A DNA stretch of 24,129 bases from a virus. Taxonomy: Duplodnaviria; Heunggongvirae; Uroviricota; Caudoviricetes. The notes below the pieces were generated by a model. It searched no databases. It had not been told where the DNA came from and worked only from the letters and a program-made list of their open reading frames with translations. The stretch spans positions 1 through 24,129 of IMG/VR virus record IMGVR_UViG_2623620491_000014; one strand, 5' to 3'. The translations under genes were made by a program, and so were the position numbers. Positions 1 through 7,563 of the stretch are shown here, one piece after another. How positions within the stretch are numbered: the first letter of the stretch is position 1; each line of letters opens with the position of its first letter.

Positions 1-1158
1 ATGCTCACCGTTAAGCAGATTGAAGCAGCAAAGCCGAAAGAAAAACCATACCGCCTTCTCGATGGTAATGGCCTGTACCTTTATGTCCCTGTGTCAGGGA
101 AAAAGGTATGGCAGCTTCGCTACAAGATTGACGGTAAGGAGAAAATCCTGACCGTCGGAAAATATCCGCTTATGACTTTGCAAGAGGCAAGGGATAAAGC
201 ATGGACTGCGAGGAAAGACATCTCGGTTGGCATCGATCCGGTAAAGGCGAAAAAGGCTTCGTCTAACAACAATTCCTTTAGTGCGATTTACAAGGAATGG
301 TACGAGCACAAGAAGCAAGTATGGTCAGTAGGCTATGCAACTGAACTTGCCAAAATGTTTGATGACGACATTTTACCCATCATCGGCGGTCTCGAGATTC
401 TGGATATTGAGCCGATGCAACTGCTGGAAGTAATCCGCAGATTTGAAGATCGCGGTGCAATGGAGCGAGCCAACAAAGCCCGCAGAAGATGCGGCGAGGT
501 TTTTCGTTACGCTATTGTCACCGGAAGGGCTAAATATAACCCGGCACCTGACCTTGCAGACGCCATGAAAGGATACCGCAAGAAGAACTTCCCGTTCCTT
601 CCAGCAGACCAGATGCCTGCATTCAACAAAGCACTGGCAACATTTTCAGGAAGTATCGTATCGCTCATTGCGACAAAAGTTTTACGTTATACAGCCCTAA
701 GAACGAAAGAGCTTCGTTCCATGCTATGGAAGAACGTCGATTTTGAAAACAGGATTATCACCATCGACGCCAGTGTGATGAAGGGACGCAAAATTCATGT
801 GGTCCCGATGTCAGACCAGGTGGTTGAACTTCTCACTACGCTAAGCTCAATCACCAAACCAGTATCAGAGTTTGTTTTTGCCGGGCGCAACGATAAGAAG
901 AAGCCAATCTGCGAGAACGCGGTACTGCTTGTGATCAAACAAATCGGCTATGAGGGTCTGGAAAGCGGTCACGGATTCAGGCATGAATTCAGCACGATTA
1001 TGAACGAGCACGAATGGCCTGCTGATGCTATTGAAGTGCAACTGGCACATGCCAACGGCGGATCTGTGCGTGGGATTTACAACCATGCTCAGTATCTCGA
1101 TAAGCGCAGAGAAATGATGCAGTGGTGGGCGGACTGGCTTGATGAAAAGCCTGAGTGA
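1..1158 (+). CDS. int: Tyrosine integrase (P4-type, DUF4102-like N-terminal arm-binding domain)
   Basis: 385-aa ORF with ATG at pos 1. N-terminus MLTVKQIEAAKPKEKPYRLLDGNGLYLYV...GKEK fits the N-terminal domain of P4-family integrases. C-terminus has HGFRHEF and RGIYNHAQY, consistent with the catalytic His/Arg/Tyr region of tyrosine recombinases. Convergent with the tailspike, as in P22-like genomes. Confidence 0.9.
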   Translation: MLTVKQIEAAKPKEKPYRLLDGNGLYLYVPVSGKKVWQLRYKIDGKEKILTVGKYPLMTLQEARDKAWTARKDISVGIDPVKAKKASSNNNSFSAIYKEWYEHKKQVWSVGYATELAKMFDDDILPIIGGLEILDIEPMQLLEVIRRFEDRGAMERANKARRRCGEVFRYAIVTGRAKYNPAPDLADAMKGYRKKNFPFLPADQMPAFNKALATFSGSIVSLIATKVLRYTALRTKELRSMLWKNVDFENRIITIDASVMKGRKIHVVPMSDQVVELLTTLSSITKPVSEFVFAGRNDKKKPICENAVLLVIKQIGYEGLESGHGFRHEFSTIMNEHEWPADAIEVQLAHANGGSVRGIYNHAQYLDKRREMMQWWADWLDEKPE

Positions 1159-1329
1159 TCCACCTTAACAACTATCGAATAGCGAAGAGTCTTAAGTTTC
1201 TTATTTGATCGTAATATTAATATAATTATTCTTAGGAGGTTTTGTGATATACATCACATCAATGATTAATTATGAAAAAAAAACTTATTATGTGATAAAA
1301 TAAATTCTTTATCAAAATTAACAATATAA

Positions 1330-2394
1330 ATGAGTAAACTATATTCTATACAAATGCTTAGAGGTCTAGCAGCCGTTGCTGTTGTTATTGATCACGTCAC
1401 ACATTACATGCATCAATCATTTGATGGTGAATCGTGGTTGTATTCATCTAACATTTATAATGTAGGTGGTTTTGGTGTTGATCTATTCTTTTGTATTAGT
1501 GGATTCATCATGGTAATCACCACATACAACAGGCCAAGCGGGTTGTCACAATCGTTATCGTTCCTGAAAAAGAGATTTTTACGTATATACCCAACATATT
1601 GGTTTTATTGCATAATTACAATTACACTTCCATTAATTCTATATGGTAAAACGGATCTAATATCAAAATACGATTCACTGTTTTTATTACAAAGCTTTTT
1701 GCTTCTTCCAGCAAAAATTTCCGAAAAATCCTTTAGCCCATTTCTTGGGCAGGGTTGGACTTTGCAATATGAATTATATTTTTATATATTATTTGCGCTA
1801 ACAATTATCTTCTTCAAAGGATTCAAAGTTCCATTTTACTGCGCATTGTTAATGATATCGATGTTAATAATTTCACTCAACATAGATATTAATAGTTACG
1901 TAGATTATCTAGCGTCAAATACAATAATAATTGACTTTATTATGGGTATGCTTTCAGCATATTTTTATGTCAAGGTGAGCGCCAAGGGTATTTCAATAAA
2001 CATTAGAACTGGATTAGCATTGGTTGTTATTTTAATATCATTAATTTCATATATTATAATCAACAAATATCCAATTGATAGAATTATTGTTTTTGGGATT
2101 CCGTCTTTCTTCATCGTCACAATATTTTCGCTAATTAATGTTAACCCATGCAGCTTAACAAATAGAGTTATTATCCAGGCTGGAGAGGCATCATACACTA
2201 TTTATCTTGCGCATATGATTTTTATATGGACTGCAATAAAGTATTCTTATCTACTTAAATATCTTTATCCTGACGCAGCAATATTGCTTGTTTCTCTTGT
2301 TATATGCATTTTTTCATACTTGTTATATCTGTCTTTCGAAAAGCCGTTAACGAATAGACTGATGTCTATCCGAAAAAAACAAGCTCAACTCTAA
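1330..2394 (+). CDS. Acyltransferase family 3 integral membrane protein (O-antigen acetyltransferase-like serotype-conversion moron)
   Basis: 354-aa very hydrophobic ORF with N-terminal MLRGLAAVAVVIDHV and FFCISGF motifs typical of acyltransferase-3 (OafA/Oac-like) proteins. Very AT-rich codon usage unlike the rest of the window. Sits between int and tailspike, where P22-like phages carry O-antigen conversion genes. No obvious Shine-Dalgarno before the ATG at 1330; MLRGL at 1354 is an alternative start. Confidence 0.8.
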   Translation: MSKLYSIQMLRGLAAVAVVIDHVTHYMHQSFDGESWLYSSNIYNVGGFGVDLFFCISGFIMVITTYNRPSGLSQSLSFLKKRFLRIYPTYWFYCIITITLPLILYGKTDLISKYDSLFLLQSFLLLPAKISEKSFSPFLGQGWTLQYELYFYILFALTIIFFKGFKVPFYCALLMISMLIISLNIDINSYVDYLASNTIIIDFIMGMLSAYFYVKVSAKGISINIRTGLALVVILISLISYIIINKYPIDRIIVFGIPSFFIVTIFSLINVNPCSLTNRVIIQAGEASYTIYLAHMIFIWTAIKYSYLLKYLYPDAAILLVSLVICIFSYLLYLSFEKPLTNRLMSIRKKQAQL

Positions 2395-2402
2395 GCCATA
2401 AA

Positions 2403-2425
2403 AAGGAGCCTTTTCTTAAGGCTCC
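2403..2425. terminator. Hairpin between convergent acyltransferase and tailspike genes (possible bidirectional terminator)
   Basis: aggagcctt / ttctt / aaggctcct: 9-bp perfect inverted repeat with 5-nt loop, downstream of both stop codons (2392-2394 and 2435-2437). Flanking U-run is short (3 T on the minus-strand side). Confidence 0.4.
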
Positions 2426-2434
2426 TAAGATTAC

Positions 2435-4321
2435 TCAATTGACAATGACTTGACCTGAAGTGGTAATTTCAAACCAGAAATCCCCAGCCGTAGTAACTTT
2501 TGCTCCAGATGCAACCAGTTTGTCTGCTCCATTGATTGACCATGTAAAACTAGGAGATGAAGGATTTTCTCCTGATGTTTCTCCGGCCGATGAAACTAAA
2601 TTAACAATTGGAACTCCTGATATACTTTTATTAACTATCAAAATATATGTTGCAGTTCTTCTTGCTCCAGTGCTCGTTGCCAAGTTACCTACATGAACGA
2701 TAATCATCCCTCCATATGTTGTTTGATAGCCTTGAGTACTTCTTAGTGAACATATCTCTCTTGCTGCACCACCAGTGAAATTTATTGCTGGAAATAAGAT
2801 ATTATGATGCACCCAATCAACATAACCTCCATTAAATGTCTGTACACCTTTAGGAATGGTACAATTGTCTATGGTTGCAATCGCCCCAATACCATCAACT
2901 ATGATATCTGCTGAATTATTATCAGAAGAAGGGCTGGATTTACTATTTCTTATAGTTATATGGTTTTTAACTGAATTTAAACTTTGAACATGCAAAAGGT
3001 TCGCCCATCCGTCCTTTGACATATTATTTGCGTGAGCAAATGCACCTTCTATAACTACATTTTCATTATATCCTTCAGTATCGCTTGATCTCGCTGCAAA
3101 GCCAGCCCTACCATTACTTTCTGCTCCGCATGAAGTCATAACAAAACAATCACAGTTTCTTATGTAATGACCATGATTCACATTTGAATCAGAAGCTGTA
3201 GATATTGCTGAACAATAATTCATATAACCCCATTCCCAGCCATTATTTCCATTTGAGCTTGCATACCCTGAAGTTACTAAAGTGCTAGTATGTTGCTTGT
3301 ATATTGGATTATTGAGATAATCAAATTTAACTCCACTCGCCGAATTAGAACCAGCAATGATATTTCTAATATCAAGAATAAACGTATTACCAAAGTAAAA
3401 CCCATTCTGTGAGGCAGAAAATGCTTTTACTCTATCAATGGTTCCTCTACTTGCAAATTCATGGCTAATACCATGATACCCTCCGCGAGTAGCAAAATCA
3501 TTTAGTTTGAAATACTGTGTTGCTTTAGTGCTAGATGTGCTAGTTGTATTTTTTATTATAGACGCCCAACTTGGCAGATCTGGCCCTGCACGTAATTCTG
3601 ATGTTGAAATTCCTTTCCCTTTAATTTCTATACTATCAATCTGATCTGCCTCATTATTCCAATCATCATAATGGATTTCTGTTGATACTAACCTCACTCC
3701 CCTTGGAAGTTGCAATACACCGCCTTTTGTATTTGCATCAGGCAATGATGATTGTAACTGTGCAATCCCTTCGTTTATGCTTGCTCCTGTATCTACCAGC
3801 GGGTCCCCAAAGTCGTCTGAAGAAATTACCCTTTCAGCAAAAACCTCACGGGAATATTTATTTGTTCCCCCATTTGCTGCATATGGTCCAATTGATGCGC
3901 CAACTGTGCCTTTTCCATAATTAATACTTTCATCATAGCCAACAAGCCCAGCGCCTTCATTGCTATTCAATTCTCCGCGAAGTTGATCAGGGTCATACTT
4001 CAGCACATTAGGAAAATAAAACTGCTGCGCACCATATGCATCATAAACAGCCATAGAATGGCCTTGCACAGTTACGAACTTGGCAATCTGTCCGTTATAT
4101 ACCGGGTAACCAGCAGCGTTAATGATGATTGGTTGCGATACAGGAACGTGAGAGCCGTCTTCGTTCTCCACATAAACCTGAATCTGGTTTTCAGGATTTA
4201 CAGGGTCAGTGTCAATTTTACCGATATAAATTTTGCCATTGGCAACCGCTTTAAAAGAACGAGCCATAGTGAAGAGTTGCGAAGGCATGCTTACCACAAC
4301 ATTGGCTGTAATGTCTGTCAT
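2435..4321 (-). CDS. Tailspike protein: P22 gp9-type N-terminal head-binding domain fused to a distinct receptor-binding/enzymatic domain
   Basis: 628-aa ORF. N-terminal ~115 aa ([10 protein letters not shown]...[32 protein letters not shown]...[12 protein letters not shown]...NVLKYDPDQ) matches the conserved head-binding domain of P22/Sf6/HK620 tailspikes. The remainder is Ser/Thr/Asn/Gly-rich, consistent with a beta-helix. GGAG Shine-Dalgarno upstream of the ATG at 4321. Confidence 0.92.
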   Translation of the reverse strand: MTDITANVVVSMPSQLFTMARSFKAVANGKIYIGKIDTDPVNPENQIQVYVENEDGSHVPVSQPIIINAAGYPVYNGQIAKFVTVQGHSMAVYDAYGAQQFYFPNVLKYDPDQLRGELNSNEGAGLVGYDESINYGKGTVGASIGPYAANGGTNKYSREVFAERVISSDDFGDPLVDTGASINEGIAQLQSSLPDANTKGGVLQLPRGVRLVSTEIHYDDWNNEADQIDSIEIKGKGISTSELRAGPDLPSWASIIKNTTSTSSTKATQYFKLNDFATRGGYHGISHEFASRGTIDRVKAFSASQNGFYFGNTFILDIRNIIAGSNSASGVKFDYLNNPIYKQHTSTLVTSGYASSNGNNGWEWGYMNYCSAISTASDSNVNHGHYIRNCDCFVMTSCGAESNGRAGFAARSSDTEGYNENVVIEGAFAHANNMSKDGWANLLHVQSLNSVKNHITIRNSKSSPSSDNNSADIIVDGIGAIATIDNCTIPKGVQTFNGGYVDWVHHNILFPAINFTGGAAREICSLRSTQGYQTTYGGMIIVHVGNLATSTGARRTATYILIVNKSISGVPIVNLVSSAGETSGENPSSPSFTWSINGADKLVASGAKVTTAGDFWFEITTSGQVIVN

Positions 4322-4380
4322 TTAATTTGCTCCAGATACAAGGAATCGCCGCAGCATGGCTACGGTGAATTTTGGGCATA

Positions 4381-4401
4381 AAAAACCCAGCCGAAGCTGG
4401 G
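4381..4401 (-). terminator. Rho-independent terminator downstream of ant
   Basis: On the minus strand: cccagc-ttcg-gctggg stem-loop followed by a T6 run, placed just 3' of the ant stop (4421-4423) and upstream of the tailspike start. Confidence 0.65.
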
Positions 4402-4420
4402 TCGTTGCGTTGGTTATCTG

Positions 4421-5323
4421 TCAGTAGTTATGTACTGAAGGAGGTAATTCTTTATTCTTAAGTCTCATCCATGCGGAAAGATTCGTTGGTCCGTCTGGCT
4501 CATTAATATCAACATCTCGTGTGTGGTTTATTAAAACGTCTCTCGCCATTCCGATAACATACGAGAATTCATGACCGTAGTCGTAGCATCTGCCGGAATA
4601 GTTCGATTGAATTTGTTTTAGCGCCGGATACAGTTCGCGGAATAATGCCTGTGAGCGGTTGGCATAATCCCATAACCATACAAGGCTGTTTGCTTCTTTT
4701 GCAGAAAGCTCGTTGGTTTTCTTCTCTTGTTTGCCGATAAATTCACCTTCAAGCACTACCCTGTGGATGTACTCTACGGCTTGCGGTATCTGAGATGCAT
4801 CAAGCTCTTCAATACTTTCCACATTGAAACGCTGATGAATCATTGCATAAGCTTCTGGGTACATTAGATGCTTTTTGCTGACTAGCATATTTACAGCATC
4901 ACGAAGCGGAGTCCTGTCATCAACAGATGTTTTCTTACGTGCATTTTCTGCCTTTCCCTTTGTCCAGTAGTCATGCAGTACAGTAAAGCATTCTTCCTGG
5001 TACTGAATCAGTTTATCACGGATGTCAGCACGAACTTTCTCAGGGTTGATGCTGAACAGCCATCCATTTAACTTCTTCAAAGGAAGGCAGAGTAGCTTAC
5101 GAAGCTTCCCATCAGCGGCAACCATGTTCATATGAACACAGTTGAATTTGCTAATCTGCTTCATGAGTTTTGTTTGCTGCGTTGACCAGCTCATTCCAAG
5201 GTTTTCAACGATTGGCTTCATCGCAACATATGCAACTCCGGCAGCCATGGCGGTGATAATTTGCTGACCGTTGAATGGTACGTAAGAGGTGTTCACTGCT
5301 TCTAAAATTGCTATACTATTCAT
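4421..5323 (-). CDS. ant: Antirepressor Ant (P22 immI)
   Basis: Protein from the internal ATG at 5323 ([47 protein letters not shown]...) matches P22 Ant (about 300 aa). GGAG Shine-Dalgarno precedes this ATG. The ORF-track extension to 5389 would run into arc and is not believed. Immediately downstream of arc as in P22. Confidence 0.88.
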   Translation of the reverse strand: MNSIAILEAVNTSYVPFNGQQIITAMAAGVAYVAMKPIVENLGMSWSTQQTKLMKQISKFNCVHMNMVAADGKLRKLLCLPLKKLNGWLFSINPEKVRADIRDKLIQYQEECFTVLHDYWTKGKAENARKKTSVDDRTPLRDAVNMLVSKKHLMYPEAYAMIHQRFNVESIEELDASQIPQAVEYIHRVVLEGEFIGKQEKKTNELSAKEANSLVWLWDYANRSQALFRELYPALKQIQSNYSGRCYDYGHEFSYVIGMARDVLINHTRDVDINEPDGPTNLSAWMRLKNKELPPSVHNY

Positions 5324-5391
5324 GTTGGTTTTTCTCCACGGATTTACTGACAACCGAAGCCCTGACTGTTCCCGCAGTTGGGGCTTCAACT
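5315..5391 (+). ncRNA. sar: Putative sar-like antisense RNA, complementary to the ant translation-initiation region (boundaries approximate)
   Basis: In P22 a ~68-nt antisense RNA (sar) is transcribed across the arc-ant intergenic region, opposite to ant. Here that interval (5324-5391) is 68 bp and contains a composite stem-loop (gaagccc ... gggcttc, about 5356-5387). Placed by synteny only; promoter and exact ends not verified. Confidence 0.35.
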
Positions 5392-5553
5392 TTACGCGCC
5401 AATGCGCCCTTCCTTCTTAAAGCTTTCCATTACTCTATGATAAATCTCAGAGTTAACAGACCGACCATTCTCTTCCGCCACCTTGCGGACCAAATCCAAT
5501 ACTTCTTTAGGCCACCGCAAATTGAACTGCGGCATCTTGCTCATTCCTTTCAT
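5392..5553 (-). CDS. arc: Arc repressor (ribbon-helix-helix)
   Basis: 53-aa protein [53 protein letters not shown] is essentially the P22 Arc sequence. Start taken at the in-frame ATG at 5553; the ORF track's longer form starts inside the Arc operator. Confidence 0.93.
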   Translation of the reverse strand: MKGMSKMPQFNLRWPKEVLDLVRKVAEENGRSVNSEIYHRVMESFKKEGRIGA

Positions 5554-5567
5554 ATTCACCTCACAAT

Positions 5568-5588
5568 ATAGGTCCACCGTGGACCTAT
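5568..5588. promoter_or_regulatory. Mnt operator (palindrome) in the Pant/Pmnt divergent promoter region
   Basis: ataggtccac-c-gtggacctat: perfect 10-bp arms around a central base, matching the P22 Mnt operator half-site (TAGGTCCAC). Confidence 0.8.
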
Positions 5589-5595
5589 TGAGAAT

Positions 5596-5616
5596 ATAGT
5601 AGAGTGCTTCTATCAT
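5596..5616. promoter_or_regulatory. Arc operator
   Basis: atagtagagtgcttctatcat: the 21-bp Arc operator sequence known from P22, between arc and mnt. Confidence 0.8.
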
Positions 5617-5643
5617 GTCAATACACTAACTTGGAGTGATGGC

Positions 5644-5895
5644 ATGGCTAGAGATGATCCGCACTTTAACTTCCGTATGCCTATGGAAGTAAGGGAGAAA
5701 TTAAAATTCAGGGCGGAGGCGAATGGGAGATCAATGAACTCCGAGTTGTTACAAATCGTCCAAGATGCTCTATCAAAACCATCGCCTGTGACTGGATATC
5801 GCGACGATGCAGAACGACTCGCTGATGAGCAGTCAGAGCTTGTTAAGAAGATGGTGTTTGATACGCTGAAGGATTTGTACAAAAAACCCACCTGA
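5644..5895 (+). CDS. mnt: Mnt repressor (maintenance of lysogeny; represses Pant)
   Basis: 83-aa ORF MARDDPHFNFRMPMEVREKLKFRAEANGRSMNSELLQIVQDALSKPSPVTGYRDDAERLADEQSELVKKMVFDTLKDLYKKPT, near-identical to P22 Mnt as I recall it. Divergent from arc-ant. Confidence 0.93.
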   Translation: MARDDPHFNFRMPMEVREKLKFRAEANGRSMNSELLQIVQDALSKPSPVTGYRDDAERLADEQSELVKKMVFDTLKDLYKKPT

Positions 5896-5904
5896 CGGTG
5901 GGTT
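5885..5904. terminator. Bidirectional rho-independent terminator shared by mnt (+) and the convergent cargo operon (-)
   Basis: aacccacc-tgac-ggtgggtt stem-loop flanked by A6 on the 5' side and TTTTATT on the 3' side, so it reads as hairpin plus U-run on both strands. The mnt stop codon lies in the loop. Confidence 0.65.
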
Positions 5905-5907
5905 TTA

Positions 5908-6327
5908 TTAGTGCTTGTATAGGTTGAACTCTCTATCAAGCCATATAACAAAAAATGTCGATCCAAGACGATAACCAACCATGGCTTTCAAATCATCAAA
6001 TCTAAAAGCCAAGAAATGATCTACGTCTTCCGTTATATGACTGGGGATACCTGCTTTAATTGCACCCCTTGCAATCTTCTCAAATCCAAGCTTATGCCTA
6101 CCTTGCTGCTTAATCTCTGCCCATGTTAGTTGACTTAATCTGTATAATTTATCAGCTAAGCCAGCTTTCTCATCTTTTTGGCATTTCGTTATGCAGTGAG
6201 AGCTTTGGATGTAACAGAATGAAAATTTCGGTTTCTTTTGATCTGAATTCCCCCCTGACTGCGGCCCTAACTTTAACTTACCTGTAGATTCAGCAGGGGG
6301 GATAATCCTTTTAGATTTTCTTGCCAT
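5908..6327 (-). CDS. Hypothetical 139-aa protein, candidate toxin/effector partner of the upstream DUF4065 gene (possible RelE/ParE-like C-terminal region)
   Basis: ATG at 6327 lies 4 nt after the upstream gene's TAA (TAA-CGAG-ATG), suggesting translational coupling. Basic N-terminus (MARKSKRIIPP...KKPKF), a C-x6-C-x3-C cysteine cluster, and a C-terminus ...KAMVGYRLGSTFFVIWLDREFNLYKH that resembles the GYRL/hydrophobic-strand/terminal aromatic-His pattern of RelE/ParE-fold toxins. The ORF-track start at 6402 is a TTG and overlaps the upstream gene; not believed. Confidence 0.6.
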   Translation of the reverse strand: MARKSKRIIPPAESTGKLKLGPQSGGNSDQKKPKFSFCYIQSSHCITKCQKDEKAGLADKLYRLSQLTWAEIKQQGRHKLGFEKIARGAIKAGIPSHITEDVDHFLAFRFDDLKAMVGYRLGSTFFVIWLDREFNLYKH

Positions 6328-6331
6328 CTCG

Positions 6332-6775
6332 TTAGTTAATCCGAGTTGCAAAGTACTCTGCCATCTCCTTAGAGCTAATTTCAGAACCACCAACACCCTC
6401 AATATAGTTTGATCTCCATGGTGACTCTTCGTGTGTCATGTTCCTCAGTTTCCAGGCAGAAAATTGCCCAAAAACATCCCAGACTTCTTCTAATAGCTCT
6501 AACTGTTCTTCGCTGAATTTTTCAGCATCAAAAGACTCTGGAGAAGGGATAGCGCCATTACCATATTGTTTATAACGGCGATAAAGCTCAGGGACAACAG
6601 GGCCATGCATCCAAGCTTCCATCTTATTCTGAAAAAGAGGCTCGCCAAGCAACGCCAATGAAAAACCCTGAGCATAGTAAACAAGCTTTTGTAATTTTAA
6701 ATTAGAGATTGTGTCACCGCTATCCTCGTCACACCGCGACAGGAAGTAGTCGGCGACATCAAAACAAGTAAGCAT
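6332..6775 (-). CDS. DUF4065 / Panacea-domain protein (SocA/GepA-like; candidate antitoxin or abortive-infection component)
   Basis: Protein MLTCFDVADYFL...ISNLKLQKLVYYAQGFSLALLGEPLF...EAWMHGPVVPELYRRYKQYG... carries the hallmark DUF4065 motifs (KLQKL.YYAQG, W..GPV.PE.Y). ATG at 6775 has a GGAGG Shine-Dalgarno 7 nt upstream; the ORF track's GTG at 6781 is less likely. Confidence 0.75.
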   Translation of the reverse strand: MLTCFDVADYFLSRCDEDSGDTISNLKLQKLVYYAQGFSLALLGEPLFQNKMEAWMHGPVVPELYRRYKQYGNGAIPSPESFDAEKFSEEQLELLEEVWDVFGQFSAWKLRNMTHEESPWRSNYIEGVGGSEISSKEMAEYFATRIN

Positions 6776-7149
6776 GAACACACCTCCATCTTGATAGCCA
6801 CAGCTAAGTATCCAACTATGTCAAATGTCATTTAATACTATAACAAAGCTATCAGCAATCCTTCGGAGGCTAACTTACAACCACTTTAGCGACATGTTTA
6901 AACCATTACGTTTCACATTTACTGCATTTTCGCCGAAGTTACCTATAAGGTAATGTCACATTTCCTGCAAGTTTCATGCAATGTTGAAAAGTGAGCTATT
7001 CACTTTTCTATGACACCAAACACCAAAAATAGCACTTTTTGCTAAATCATTCGTCCAAGTTGTGGATGGTTTGTCGTTGACACGTTTTCACACACCACTC
7101 CACCAATAAAGTATCATCTGGTATCCTGCTCAAAACTAAGGAGGTTGGC

Positions 7150-7539
7150 GTGAAGCAATTTCTTACTGCTATGTTCTTATTCATATCTTTTGGGGCTACA
7201 GCAGAGTGCTGGGTCGTTGGAGATATGCGCGGAATAAGCTATTCAGAACGAAATAATTTCCATCCGGAAGAAGATGGTTTTAGTGGAACATTCATCATTA
7301 AGACAAGCGGTGAAGATGCCAGCATCACATATTCTGGGACAGATGCGGGCGGCATGGCTTACAAAGCATTGTCTAAAAACTCCATCATAGGAATCGGCGC
7401 GAATGGCGAAACTCAACGCGTTATCGACTCATGGGTAATACATCCTACTGGAACAGTTTTAATGTCAAAAACCATTTCCGGTTATGGAAATATGGATTCA
7501 ACCAAAGCTTTTGTTGGAAAAGTAAAAAGAAAATGTTAG
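7150..7539 (+). CDS. Small secreted protein (moron) with N-terminal signal peptide; function unknown
   Basis: 129-aa ORF starting at GTG 7150 with a strong AAGGAGG Shine-Dalgarno 5 nt upstream. N-terminus MKQFLTAMFLFISFGATA-ECW looks like a Sec signal peptide; C-terminal Cys. Opposite orientation to the flanking late genes and preceded by a 368-bp AT-rich non-coding region. Confidence 0.7.
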   Translation: MKQFLTAMFLFISFGATAECWVVGDMRGISYSERNNFHPEEDGFSGTFIIKTSGEDASITYSGTDAGGMAYKALSKNSIIGIGANGETQRVIDSWVIHPTGTVLMSKTISGYGNMDSTKAFVGKVKRKC

Positions 7540-7563
7540 CGATTGAATCCAATTTCCCATACG

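Noticed and set aside
3682-4381. Plus-strand ORFs of 80 and 132 aa
   Set aside because: Antisense to the tailspike head-binding domain region, which is confidently coding on the minus strand.
5275-5978. Overlapping ORFs 5275-5571 (+, 98 aa) and 5613-5978 (-, 121 aa)
   Set aside because: They are the reverse frames of arc/ant and of mnt, whose products match P22 Arc and Mnt closely; the real genes explain this interval.
5908-6327. HEPN-type RNase call for the partner protein, based on a terminal R-x6-H spacing
   Set aside because: The C-terminus looks beta-strand-like (FFVIWLD) rather than all-helical as in HEPN, and a single spacing match is weak. RelE/ParE-like remains only tentative as well.
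5908-6402. Longer 164-aa form of the cargo-operon partner gene
   Set aside because: Requires a TTG start and a 71-nt overlap with the DUF4065 gene. The internal ATG at 6327, 4 nt after the upstream stop, is the more plausible start; the long form is recorded only as an alternative.
6782-7149. Mini-ORFs in the 368-bp intergenic region (for example a 19-codon ORF at about 6894-6953)
   Set aside because: No Shine-Dalgarno and no compositional support; the region is better explained as divergent promoter/operator DNA.
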